DNA of 64,000 nucleotides from an uncultured Pseudomonadota bacterium (GTDB lineage Bacteria > Myxococcota_A > Polyangia > Fen-1088). Shown here in pieces: positions 39,634 through 48,463 of this stretch. The DNA is taken from NCBI GenBank assembly GCA_963847705.1, contig CAWKBC010000017.1, forward strand, positions 233,795 through 297,794, in the 5' to 3' direction. A program made the position numbers and the translations under genes. The notes beneath the pieces are model-generated. The model worked only from the letters and a program-made list of their open reading frames with translations. It had not been told where the DNA came from and searched no databases. Every line of letters begins with the position of its first letter. The stretch's first letter is position 1.

Positions 39634-40422
39634 ATGCCGTCGAGGATGCGCCCCCTTCTCGCCGCCGCGCTGGGCCTTGCTCTCCTCGCCGTCGCCGCTC
39701 CGGCCGCCCAGGCCCGCGCGCGGGTCACCATCCCGGAGTTCCTGCTCGAAGGAGGTGCCCCGGCGCTCAGCAACCAGCTGCAGGACGGCTTCGTGCTCGG
39801 CCTCGTCCGCGCCGGAATCCAGGTGCTCGATCCGGGCGACACCGCGCACAAGCTGGAGGCGCACCCCGAGCTCGCGCACTGCGATGCCTCCCCCTGCCTC
39901 AAGTCGATCGGCCAGGTGCTCGACGTCGGCTACATCGTGCGGGTGAAGATCGAGGTCGCCGGAAACAGCTACAAGAGCGTGGCCCGGCTCTTCTCCACCG
40001 AAGGGGCGGCGCCTGCTGCTCTCCCCATCGCCACCGAATCGAAGAGCTGCGACGTCTGCACCGTCGCCGAGGCGCGCGCGACGATGTTGCGCCTGGCGGA
40101 CGCCGTCCGCTCCCACATCGACGAGGCGGCGCCGCTCCCGGCCCCCGTGGCGCCGCCGCCCCCCCCGCCGGCGCCCCGCCTGGTCGGTCCGGCGGTGCTG
40201 GCGATGGTCGGCGCGCTGGCCGTCGCCGCCGGCGCCGCCGTGCTCGCCTCGCAGGCGAGCTGCACGGCGACCGATTGCTCGGCGAACCGGTCGCGCAACG
40301 TCGGCGGCGGTGTCCTCATCGGCACCGGCGCGGCGCTGACCCTGACCGGCGCCTACGTGACGATCGTGCGCGGCCGCGGCGGCGACCCGGTGACCGGGGC
40401 TGCCGTCGGCTGGCGCTGGTGA
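39634..40422 (+). CDS. Secreted/membrane hypothetical protein
   Basis: Signal peptide, Cys pairs (CDASPC, CDVC), poly-Pro linker, C-terminal Gly/Ala-rich hydrophobic hairpin. Confidence 0.7.
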   Translation: MPSRMRPLLAAALGLALLAVAAPAAQARARVTIPEFLLEGGAPALSNQLQDGFVLGLVRAGIQVLDPGDTAHKLEAHPELAHCDASPCLKSIGQVLDVGYIVRVKIEVAGNSYKSVARLFSTEGAAPAALPIATESKSCDVCTVAEARATMLRLADAVRSHIDEAAPLPAPVAPPPPPPAPRLVGPAVLAMVGALAVAAGAAVLASQASCTATDCSANRSRNVGGGVLIGTGAALTLTGAYVTIVRGRGGDPVTGAAVGWRW

Positions 40423-40426
40423 ACGC

Positions 40427-40457
40427 GGGACGATGGGACGATGGGACGATGGGACGA
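40427..40457 (+). repeat. 8-bp tandem repeat (GGGACGAT) x ~4
   Basis: Three perfect copies plus a 7-nt partial copy in the intergenic region, directly before an AAGGAG RBS. Confidence 0.9.
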
Positions 40458-40469
40458 AAAGGAGCGGCG

Positions 40470-40886
40470 ATGACCAGAACCGGCGGGGCGATGAGCGTGA
40501 CGGCAACTTCGGTCCTGGCCGCGGCGCTGTGCGGGGCGATCAGCTGTGGCGGCGTCTCGACGGATGACGTCACGTCGGCGCGGAATCAGGCGACCACCGC
40601 CAGCTGCAACTACTACAAGATGTGCAACCAGATCGGACCTGGCCTCTCGGGCGGTGACACGCTGGCCGACTGCATGACCACGGTCCTCGGCCAGTGGACC
40701 AACGGGTGGCCGACCACCACCTGCCAGGGGCACGTCGATCAGTCGAAGCTGACGATCTGCCTCGACGCCATCAACTCGACCACCGACTGCAGCGGCATCG
40801 GGGCGCTGTTGGCGCTGAGCAAATGCTCGTCGGCGAGCGTCTGCTCGGCCGGCGTGGTCCCCGCTCCCGACGCCGCCACGGACTGA
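40470..40886 (+). CDS. Small Cys-rich lipoprotein
   Basis: AAGGAG SD, lipobox AISC, eight further Cys residues. Confidence 0.75.
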   Translation: MTRTGGAMSVTATSVLAAALCGAISCGGVSTDDVTSARNQATTASCNYYKMCNQIGPGLSGGDTLADCMTTVLGQWTNGWPTTTCQGHVDQSKLTICLDAINSTTDCSGIGALLALSKCSSASVCSAGVVPAPDAATD

Positions 40887-40891
40887 ACGGC

Positions 40892-42225
40892 TCAGCCGAC
40901 GTCAATCGAGGCGCCGAGCGCGCCCAGCGTCTCGGCGAAGGTCGGGAACGACGTGCCGATGTCGGCGGTGGGGACGGTGGTCTCGTCGGCGCCCGTGAGG
41001 CCCAGGATCGCGCCGGCCATCGCGATGCGGTGGTCGTGCTCGGGGACGACCGCGCCGCCGGCGGGCGGGCGGCCCGCCAGACCCTCGACGACGAATCCGT
41101 CCGGATGCTCCTGGACGCGCGCGCCGGCGCGTCCGAGCTCACGCGCGAGGGCGGCGATCCGGTCCGATTCCTTGATGCGCAGCTCGGCCAGATCGGCGAA
41201 CGTCGTCTCCCCCTCGGCGCTCGCCGCTGCCACCGCCAGCGCGGGGATCTCGTCGATGGCCCGCAGCGCCAGCTCGCCGGCCACCCGGGTGCCGCGCAGC
41301 GTGCTGGCCCGGGCGCGCACCCGGCCGACCGGCTCCCCCATCGCCTCGGCCACCGGCTCGATGGTCAGGTCGGCGCCCATCGCGCGGAGCACGTCCAGCG
41401 CCCCGGCGCGCGTCGGGTTGAGCCCCACATTTTCGATCACCACGTCGCTGCCGGGGACGACCAGCGCCGCGACGATCAGGAACATCGCCGACGACAGATC
41501 GCCCGGGATGGTCAGCGCCGTGGCCTCGAGGCGGCCATTCCAGCCGGCCGGATCGACGACGATCTCGCCGCTGGCCAGGGTGGTGATGGGCGCGCCGAGA
41601 AATCCCAGCATGCGTTCGGTGTGATCGCGCGAGCGGGCCGGCTCGCGCAACACCGTTCGCCCGCGCGCCTGCAGCGCGGCCAGGATGAGCGCGCTCTTGA
41701 GCTGGGCGCTGGCGACCTTCAGCTGGTGCTCGATGCCGACGAGCGCGCCGCCGCGGACGCGCAGCGGCGGGTAGACGTCGCCCGGTCGCGCCGGATCGCT
41801 GCGCCCGTCGATGGTCGCCCCCATCTGGCGCAGCGGCGCCGCCACCCGCCCCATCGGCCTCCGGGTCAGCGAGGCGTCGCCCATCATCTCGGTCTCGAAC
41901 GGCCGCCCGGCCAGGAGGCCCAGGAGGAGGCGGATGGTCGTCCCGGAGTTGCCGCAGTCGAGCGCCTCGGCCGCTTCGTGCAGCCCGGCGAATCCGACGC
42001 CGGCGATGCGCGCCTGACCGGCCTCCAGCTGGACGTCGACGCCGAGGGCCCGCAGCGCCGCCGCCGTCGACAGGTTGTCCCCCCCTGCCCGAGGCCGCTC
42101 GCCTCGACGACGCCGTCGCAGAGCGCGCCGAACAGGAGCGCACGGTGGGAGATCGACTTGTCGCCGGGGACCCGGCAGCTGCCGCGCAGCGGTCCCGAGC
42201 GGCGGACGTGGAGCGAGGACGACAT
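40892..42225 (-). CDS. aroA: EPSP synthase (frameshift in a G7 run at 42079-42085)
   Basis: [10 protein letters not shown], then [44 protein letters not shown]. Confidence 0.93.
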
Positions 42226-42248
42226 CGCCGGATTGACTACCACGAGAA

Positions 42249-43289
42249 TCAATGGCGCGCGGCGGCGACCATCTGCAGGATCGCCAGCAGCTTGTCGGCC
42301 AGCCCCTCGCGCCGCTCGGCCGGGACCCGGAGGTGGCCGTGCACGCGCGTCCCTTCGGCCGTGACCACCACCGCCTGGAGGATGGGTCCGAAGCCCAGCA
42401 TCCGGACCATCGGGTTCTGGGCGTACTGCCGGACCTCCACGTTGCCGGCGATCATGGCGGCGGCCGCGTCCTGGGCGTTGTCCATCACCCCGACGACGTC
42501 CAGGTTCAGGTCGTCGGCGAGATCGAGGCGGGCGGCGCAGATGGCCAGCCCGGGCGGCAGCTCGACGACCCCGGCCGCCCGCGCCCGCATGCCGTCGGTG
42601 ACGTTGAGCGCGATGAAGACGACCGGACCTGAGTTGTTGGCCGGGTGGTCGGCATCGAGCGAGCGCCGCAACGTGCCGAGCGGGACGGTGCGGGCGTCCG
42701 GGACCATCCCCCAGGCGGCGTCGATCGCGCCGCGGACCTGGTTCGCCTCCCCCTGCACCAGCGTGCGGGGGGTGACCAGCGCGACAGCCTGGGCACCGTT
42801 CGCCCCTTGCCCTTCCCACAGCGGACTGTCGCGCCAGCGGCCCGCGGTCGCGCCGGGGGTCGCGGCCATGAACGCCGCCCCGACGCGGGCTGGGTCGAAC
42901 GTCCCTCGGACGATGGTCAAGGTGCGCGGAACGCCGCCGGCCTCCGTCATGACCGCCAGCAGACGCTCGCTCTCGCCGAAGATGTCGTAACCGAAGAGGC
43001 GACGCCCCTCCTCCCGCTGGCCAGAGAGGCCGCTTTCGGTGAGCGAGTGCGACCAGGGGGAGGCACGCAGCGCGGCCAGGTCGACCTCCGCCAGCGCGTC
43101 GGCGCTGGCCGGCGCCAGGTTCCAGAGATCGCTGTCGTCGGGGGCGGTGCGGGGACCGGCTTCTGCGGCCGGCGTCGCGGGCGACTGCTGCGGCATCAGA
43201 TCGGCGCAGCCGGGCGCCAGCAACGCCGCAAACGCTCCCGCCAGGAGCGGCAGCCGCAAGACCAGACGCCGACGCGGACGATGCTTCAT
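42249..43289 (-). CDS. Hypothetical lipoprotein
   Basis: Basic N-terminus and lipobox LAPGC, GC3-biased frame, lies between tyrA and aroA. Confidence 0.7.
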   Translation of the reverse strand: MKHRPRRRLVLRLPLLAGAFAALLAPGCADLMPQQSPATPAAEAGPRTAPDDSDLWNLAPASADALAEVDLAALRASPWSHSLTESGLSGQREEGRRLFGYDIFGESERLLAVMTEAGGVPRTLTIVRGTFDPARVGAAFMAATPGATAGRWRDSPLWEGQGANGAQAVALVTPRTLVQGEANQVRGAIDAAWGMVPDARTVPLGTLRRSLDADHPANNSGPVVFIALNVTDGMRARAAGVVELPPGLAICAARLDLADDLNLDVVGVMDNAQDAAAAMIAGNVEVRQYAQNPMVRMLGFGPILQAVVVTAEGTRVHGHLRVPAERREGLADKLLAILQMVAAARH

Positions 43290-43311
43290 CGAAGGTCTCG
43301 TGCGTGCGGCG

Positions 43312-44202
43312 CTAGCCCGGCACGAGCCGGTCGCGTCCGAGCTTCCCGGCCTCGAGCAGCTGCTCGATCCGTTTCCCGTCGCCGGCGGCGATGGCCGCGC
43401 GCAGCGTCTCGATCTGCTCCACCAGCGCCTCCACCAGCGGGAGCACCTCGGCGCGGTTGTCGAGGAAGATGTCGCGCCACATGACGGGGCTGGAGGCGGC
43501 GACGCGGGTGGTGTCGCGCAGGCTGGGGGTCGGCAGCCGCCGCAGCCCCTCGATCACGTCGCCGGAGATGGCGCCCAGCGTGGCGGCCAGCGCGTAGGCC
43601 GCCACATGCGGCAGGTGGCTCCCGGCGCCGAGCACGCGATCGTGCAGCGCGGCGTCCATGCGCACGGTCTCGGCGCCGAGCGCGGTCCAGAGGCGCTCGA
43701 TCGTCGCGACGGACGCCTCGCGGCTGGCGGCCGTCGGACAGAGGACGCAGCGCTTCCCTTCGAACAGCAACGGGCTGGCGGCATCGGGGCCGACCCGTTC
43801 GGTCCCGGCGATGGGATGGCAGGCGACGAACGCGCCCGGCGGCAGCTTGGGCTCGACCGCGGCGATGGCGGTCGCCTTCACCGACCCCACGTCGATGACG
43901 ATGGCGTGCGGGTCGAGCGCCGGCGCGATCTCGGCGGCGATCTCGCCCAGGCTGCGGACGGGGGTGGCCAGCACCACCAGCGCCGCGCCCCGCGCCGCCT
44001 CGGCCGCCGAGCTGGCCGAGCGATCGATGATCCCCAGCGCCTGCGCGCGCTCCAGCTTTTCGCGCGTCCGGCTCCAGGCCACCACCTCGGTGACGGCACC
44101 GGCGGCGCGCGCGGCCAGCGCGACCGAGCCGCCGATCTGCCCGGCGCCCATCACCGCCATGCGGCCGAGCGCGGGACCGGACCAGCGCCGCTGGGTGCTC
44201 AT
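43312..44202 (-). CDS. tyrA: Prephenate/arogenate dehydrogenase
   Basis: GAGQIGGS, DVGSVK, HPIAGTE, HD...SHLPH, DTTRVA. Confidence 0.93.
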   Translation of the reverse strand: MSTQRRWSGPALGRMAVMGAGQIGGSVALAARAAGAVTEVVAWSRTREKLERAQALGIIDRSASSAAEAARGAALVVLATPVRSLGEIAAEIAPALDPHAIVIDVGSVKATAIAAVEPKLPPGAFVACHPIAGTERVGPDAASPLLFEGKRCVLCPTAASREASVATIERLWTALGAETVRMDAALHDRVLGAGSHLPHVAAYALAATLGAISGDVIEGLRRLPTPSLRDTTRVAASSPVMWRDIFLDNRAEVLPLVEALVEQIETLRAAIAAGDGKRIEQLLEAGKLGRDRLVPG

Positions 44203-44301
44203 GCGCGTGCACCTTCATGATGGGGGGCCATCGCGGCGAAAGTTACCGGTTGTCGTTCGTAACCGCAACGACATTGGCCCGTATAATGGGGACGAGATCG
44301 C

Positions 44302-45510
44302 ATGAACGGCGGCGCCCACCCCAGTCTGCTCTTCGCGCTCGGCTACGGCGTCCTGACGGCGCTCACGCCCTGCGTCTACCCGATGATTCCCATCACCGTC
44401 AGCATCTTCGGCGCCAAGGCCGGCGTGCCGCGCGGGCGGGCGCTGGCGCTGGCGACCGCCTACGTCGTCGGGATCGCGGCGATGTTCGGAACGCTCGGCA
44501 CGACCTTCGGACTTCTGGGACGCGCGTTCGGGACCTTCCTGGCCAACCCCTGGGTGATCGTGCCGCTGGCGCTCTTCTTCTTCGCGATGGGGCTGTCGAT
44601 GTTCGGGGCCTTCGAGGTGGCGCTGCCGTCGGGGCTGCAGGGGCGACTGGCGCGCGTCGGCGGCCGCGGCTTTCTGGGCGCGTTCGGGATGGGGCTGGTC
44701 GCCGGGATCATCGCCGCCCCCTGCACCGGCCCGCCGCTGGCGTCGCTCCTGGCCTACGTGGCCACCACGCGGAACGCCTCCTGGGGCTTCCTGCTGCTGG
44801 CGACCTATGGCGCCGGCGTGGGGCTGCCGTTCTGGTTGCTGGCTGGCTTCTCGATGTCGCTGCCGCGCCCCGGCCGCTGGATGGAGTGGGTGAAGAGCGT
44901 GTTCGGAATCGCGCTCTTCGCGGCGGCGCTCTACTACCTCAAGAACGTCGTCCCCCAGCTGGCGCGGTTCGGCTCGGGGACGCCCGGCTTCGCGCTCACC
45001 ATGGCGGCGCTGGTGCTGGTGGGCGTGGGGCTCGGCGCGGTGCACGCCAGCTTCCATGGGAGCGCGGCCGAGCGGGTGCGCAAGGCGCTGGCCGTGGGCC
45101 TGGCGACGATCGGGCTCTTCGGGGCCACCAACTATCTGCTGGCCCCAAAAGGGGACGTGAAGCTGGCCTGGCTCTCCGACGAGCCGGCCGCGGTGACAGC
45201 GGCGCGGGCGGCCGGCCGCCCGTTGCTGGTCGACTTCGCCGCCAGCTGGTGCGTCCCCTGCCGCGAGTTCGAGGTGAAGGTCTTCTCGCGCCCCGACGTC
45301 GCCGCGGCCATGCAGCGCTTCACGCTCCTGCGCGTCGACGTCTCCCGCGAGGACGAAGACGCCGCGCTCGGCGCGATCAAGCGCAAGTACGGCACCGACA
45401 CCCTCCCCGCCATCCGCATCCTCTCCTCCGACGGCGCGCTCGTCGCCAAGACCGACACGCTGGTCTCGCCCGAGGAGTTCCTGGCGCTGCTGGCGCGAGC
45501 TGCGCCTTGA
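44302..45510 (+). CDS. DsbD/CcdA-family transmembrane electron transporter with C-terminal thioredoxin
   Basis: TPCVYPMIP and APCTGP membrane cysteines, DFAASWCVPC. No N-terminal DsbD-alpha domain. TATAAT at 44282-44287. Confidence 0.9.
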   Translation: MNGGAHPSLLFALGYGVLTALTPCVYPMIPITVSIFGAKAGVPRGRALALATAYVVGIAAMFGTLGTTFGLLGRAFGTFLANPWVIVPLALFFFAMGLSMFGAFEVALPSGLQGRLARVGGRGFLGAFGMGLVAGIIAAPCTGPPLASLLAYVATTRNASWGFLLLATYGAGVGLPFWLLAGFSMSLPRPGRWMEWVKSVFGIALFAAALYYLKNVVPQLARFGSGTPGFALTMAALVLVGVGLGAVHASFHGSAAERVRKALAVGLATIGLFGATNYLLAPKGDVKLAWLSDEPAAVTAARAAGRPLLVDFAASWCVPCREFEVKVFSRPDVAAAMQRFTLLRVDVSREDEDAALGAIKRKYGTDTLPAIRILSSDGALVAKTDTLVSPEEFLALLARAAP

Positions 45511-45517
45511 TTCGGCC

Positions 45518-46141
45518 CTAATATCCGAGGTGAAAGGTGAGCGTTCCCAGACCGGCCACCTGGTAGCCCGACGAGTGGTCCTGGGCGGAGCTCGAGTTCA
45601 CCACGTCGCCATCGAAGAAGTAGTGGTAGCCGAAGGTCCCCTTGGCGCCGACGGCGATGAAGGGGTTGAAGTAGTACTCGTAACCGATGCTGGCGTTGGC
45701 GACGACGCCCTTCGCCGAGACCTGGCTGTCGTTGAGTGGCGGGTTGACCGGCCCCGGTGTACCGAATCCGAAGCCGCCCGCGATCTCGGGCTCGAGCACG
45801 TTCTGACTCTGCCCGTCGGGGAGCTTGGCCTGCCCCAGCGGGATGTCGACCTCGGTTCCGAGCAGGAACTGAACGAGCGTGCCCGCCGCCCCCGAGCTGT
45901 TGAAGGTCTGAAAAAAGTTCGTCGAGAAGTCGAAGACCAGCAGCTTCAGTCCGAGGTTGAACCCCACACCACCGCCGCGCGTGGTGTCGAAGAAGTCGGG
46001 CGTATTCGGCGTGGTCCCCCACCCGGTCATGCCGCCGGCCGTGGCCCCCGCGTAGAGATCGATGAGCCGCGCCTGCGCGGGCCGCGCCGCCCAGAGCGAA
46101 CCGCCGAGGACGATCGCCAGCAGCAGCGCGGAGCGCCTCAT
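45518..46141 (-). CDS. Small outer-membrane beta-barrel-like protein
   Basis: Signal peptide ending AQA, alternating aromatic strands, C-terminal LTFHLGY. Confidence 0.7.
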   Translation of the reverse strand: MRRSALLLAIVLGGSLWAARPAQARLIDLYAGATAGGMTGWGTTPNTPDFFDTTRGGGVGFNLGLKLLVFDFSTNFFQTFNSSGAAGTLVQFLLGTEVDIPLGQAKLPDGQSQNVLEPEIAGGFGFGTPGPVNPPLNDSQVSAKGVVANASIGYEYYFNPFIAVGAKGTFGYHYFFDGDVVNSSSAQDHSSGYQVAGLGTLTFHLGY

Positions 46142-46902
46142 GTCGGTTGTCCCAGCAGCGCCTCGATGCGTTCCCGATCGAACCCCAGCAGCAGGCGTCC
46201 GCGCACGTCGATCACCGGCACGCGGTCGGTCGGGATCCCCATCTTGCTCGCCTTGTCGGCGAGCTCCTGGGCGGCGCTGGGGTCACGCTCGATGTCTTTG
46301 TCGGCGAACGGAATCTTGTGCGCCGTCATGTATTCGCGCGCGGCGCGACAGGCGCCGCACCACGAGGTCCCGTAGATCGTCACCACCGGCGTCGCACCGG
46401 GGGGGACCGTGCCGCCCGGCGGGGTGGAGGGCGCTCCGCTGGGCGCGGGCGCCGGCGGAGGTGCCGCCTGTCGCCCCGCGAGCGGCGACGACTCGCCGCC
46501 CGGCAGCGCCGCCAGGGCCGCGGTCTCGAAGGCCTCGCGCGACATCGCCTTCGCCGACGATTTCCCGCCGGCCAGCAGCTCGCCGACGTTGGTGACGTAG
46601 ACCCGATCGGCGCCGCCCTTCATCTGGTCGGTCGGCTCGATCACCCGCACGAGGCCGCGCGAGGACTCGGGGATCGTCTCCGGTTTGTCCGTGGTGGCGA
46701 AGGTGCCGGCAGGCTCCGCGTAGGTGAAGAGCCAGCGGCCGCCCTTCAGGACCTCGATCGTCGCCGGCGCGCCGGCCGCAGCCGGGGCAATGTCTGGAGC
46801 CGCGCGATGACAGCCGGCCCCGAGCACCACCCCTGCCAGCACGCCCACCCACACGGACAGAGGGCCGTTCAAACGACGCCCGTGGACGAAGCGAGAACGC
46901 AT
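46138..46902 (-). CDS. Lipoprotein with C-terminal glutaredoxin (NrdH-like) domain
   Basis: Lipobox GAGC, YGTSWCGAC, VPVIDV, GFD. Confidence 0.85.
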   Translation of the reverse strand: MRSRFVHGRRLNGPLSVWVGVLAGVVLGAGCHRAAPDIAPAAAGAPATIEVLKGGRWLFTYAEPAGTFATTDKPETIPESSRGLVRVIEPTDQMKGGADRVYVTNVGELLAGGKSSAKAMSREAFETAALAALPGGESSPLAGRQAAPPPAPAPSGAPSTPPGGTVPPGATPVVTIYGTSWCGACRAAREYMTAHKIPFADKDIERDPSAAQELADKASKMGIPTDRVPVIDVRGRLLLGFDRERIEALLGQPT

Positions 46903-47002
46903 GCGAGCAGTCTAGCAGGCGCGGCCACCGCGCGCGCGTGACGAAGACCGGGCGAAATCGGGTGAGCGGGAGGCGCGGCACCCTTTGAGGGCCCCGAATC
47001 CA

Positions 47003-47512
47003 TCAATTGACGGGGACCAGCTCCTCGCCGTCGCGCCCGCAGAAGGTGGCCTCACTCTCGTACCGCCGCGAGCAGTTGGGGCAAATCTTTCCCAGGCCGC
47101 CCGCGAACGCCACCGCGCCGGCCGGATCGCCCGCCCCCATGGCGAGCGGCAGCGGGACCAGCTCCTCGCCGTCCAACGCGCAGAACCTCTTCCCGGCGTC
47201 GTAGGAACGCCTGCAGGTCGGGCAGGTGGAGCCCGCACCTGCCGCCCGGGCCGCCGGATCGTTGGCCGGAACGAGATCGCGGGCGTCGTGGGGGCAGAAC
47301 CGCAAGCCCGGGGCGTAGTCGCGATGGCAGGCCGGGCAGACCATGGCCTGGGGCCGCGGCGCCAGCTCCCGCGGCACGGCGGGGAGCTCGGCGCGCGCTT
47401 CACCGCCGCTCGCGCGGCGCTTCGCGCGCAGGTAGGGGCGGACGGCATACCCGATCAAGGTCAGCGCCAGCGCAGCCACCGCCGCAAACAGTGCAATCTC
47501 GACGAGCTGCAT
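47003..47512 (-). CDS. Membrane-anchored protein with three zinc-ribbon repeats
   Basis: N-terminal TM followed by three copies of CPxCxRxY-x5-FCxxD-x3-LVP. Confidence 0.8.
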   Translation of the reverse strand: MQLVEIALFAAVAALALTLIGYAVRPYLRAKRRASGGEARAELPAVPRELAPRPQAMVCPACHRDYAPGLRFCPHDARDLVPANDPAARAAGAGSTCPTCRRSYDAGKRFCALDGEELVPLPLAMGAGDPAGAVAFAGGLGKICPNCSRRYESEATFCGRDGEELVPVN

Positions 47513-47596
47513 CGACCGGGGACCTCGAACCTAACAAAACCGCGACGGAGGGAAAAGGGGCTCGAAAAGGGACCCCGATCGACCGGGCGCCCGCAG

Positions 47597-48196
47597 CTAT
47601 TTCTTCTTCCGGTGCTTCTCGTTCATCGGGCCGTGGTTCCCGAGGGAGAGCTTCAACACGGCCTGATCGACCGCCTGCTTGATGGCGTCCTTGACGACGT
47701 CCTTGGTCGTGTCGGCCGTGTCGGCGGCCAGGCGTCGCTCGGAGACCTCGGCCTCGCTCCCCGACTGGCCATCGCCGCTGAAGGCCAGCTTGGCGTCGGG
47801 GATGGTCGTGCCGAACACCGTCAGCTGGACCTCCACGGCCAGCTGCTTGTTGCGCGCCCCTGGCTTGGGATCCTTCACCTCTTGCTTGAGCTCTTCGATC
47901 CGGGCAGTGACGTCGAACCCGCGCAGGTTGCGCTTCTTGAGCTCCCCCACCAGCGCCGTCCGATCGGTCCCCGGCGCGGCCGCCCCCGCGGGACCGATGT
48001 CCGAGGCCCACTCGGGACGCGACGCCAGCTCCGCCTTCAAGGCCTCGCTGGTGTATTTCTTGAGCTCGGCGTCGACCTCCGGGCCGGCCTTGACCGGCTG
48101 AAGCTGGAAGTAATACTTGGGGGCCGCCGGAGCCGGGAGCGCCCGGAGCGTCACGGTCGCCAGCGCCGCGGCCAGCGCCCATGTCCATCGCGTCAT
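47597..48196 (-). CDS. Secreted hypothetical protein
   Basis: MTRWTWALAAALA signal peptide, Lys-rich GC3-biased frame. The longer ORF call is antisense shadow. Confidence 0.75.
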   Translation of the reverse strand: MTRWTWALAAALATVTLRALPAPAAPKYYFQLQPVKAGPEVDAELKKYTSEALKAELASRPEWASDIGPAGAAAPGTDRTALVGELKKRNLRGFDVTARIEELKQEVKDPKPGARNKQLAVEVQLTVFGTTIPDAKLAFSGDGQSGSEAEVSERRLAADTADTTKDVVKDAIKQAVDQAVLKLSLGNHGPMNEKHRKKK

Positions 48197-48217
48197 GTCG
48201 CCTGTATACTGCCCCCG

Positions 48218-48367
48218 ATGTCGGCTCGGCCCAAGGATAAATCCGCGGCGGCGCCCGCGGAGCGAGATCGGGTTTCGCTGGTCGTGGCCTGCGGAATCAC
48301 GGCGTTGACGGCGGGTGGAATCCTGGCGATCTTCTCGGCGCCGCTTCTGGCGCTGCTGGGCCGGTAG
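48218..48367 (+). CDS. 49-aa single-TM small protein
   Basis: MSARPKDKSAAAPAERDRVSLVVACGITALTAGGILAIFSAPLLALLGR. TATACT 7 nt before the ATG. Confidence 0.55.
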   Translation: MSARPKDKSAAAPAERDRVSLVVACGITALTAGGILAIFSAPLLALLGR

Positions 48368-48391
48368 CCTGAGCGCGGCCGCTGGCGATTC

Positions 48392-48420
48392 TTGACCCTG
48401 GGAATCGTCGAGAATAACGT
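48392..48420 (+). promoter_or_regulatory. Candidate sigma70 promoter for the FHA-CpaF gene
   Basis: TTGACC-17 nt-TAACGT. Confidence 0.5.
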
Positions 48421-48463
48421 CGCGAGGCGCCGTTTCTGTGGTTGAACCCCTTCCCGAGGCTCC

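Noticed and set aside
42079-42085. Phase variation or programmed frameshift in aroA at G7
   Set aside because: aroA is a housekeeping enzyme, and a homopolymer deletion is the typical long-read error. The window has many other indels.
48218-48367. Calling the microprotein an Flp pilin
   Set aside because: It lacks the prepilin cleavage Gly and the +5 Glu-Tyr motif, so it is kept only as a small TM protein.
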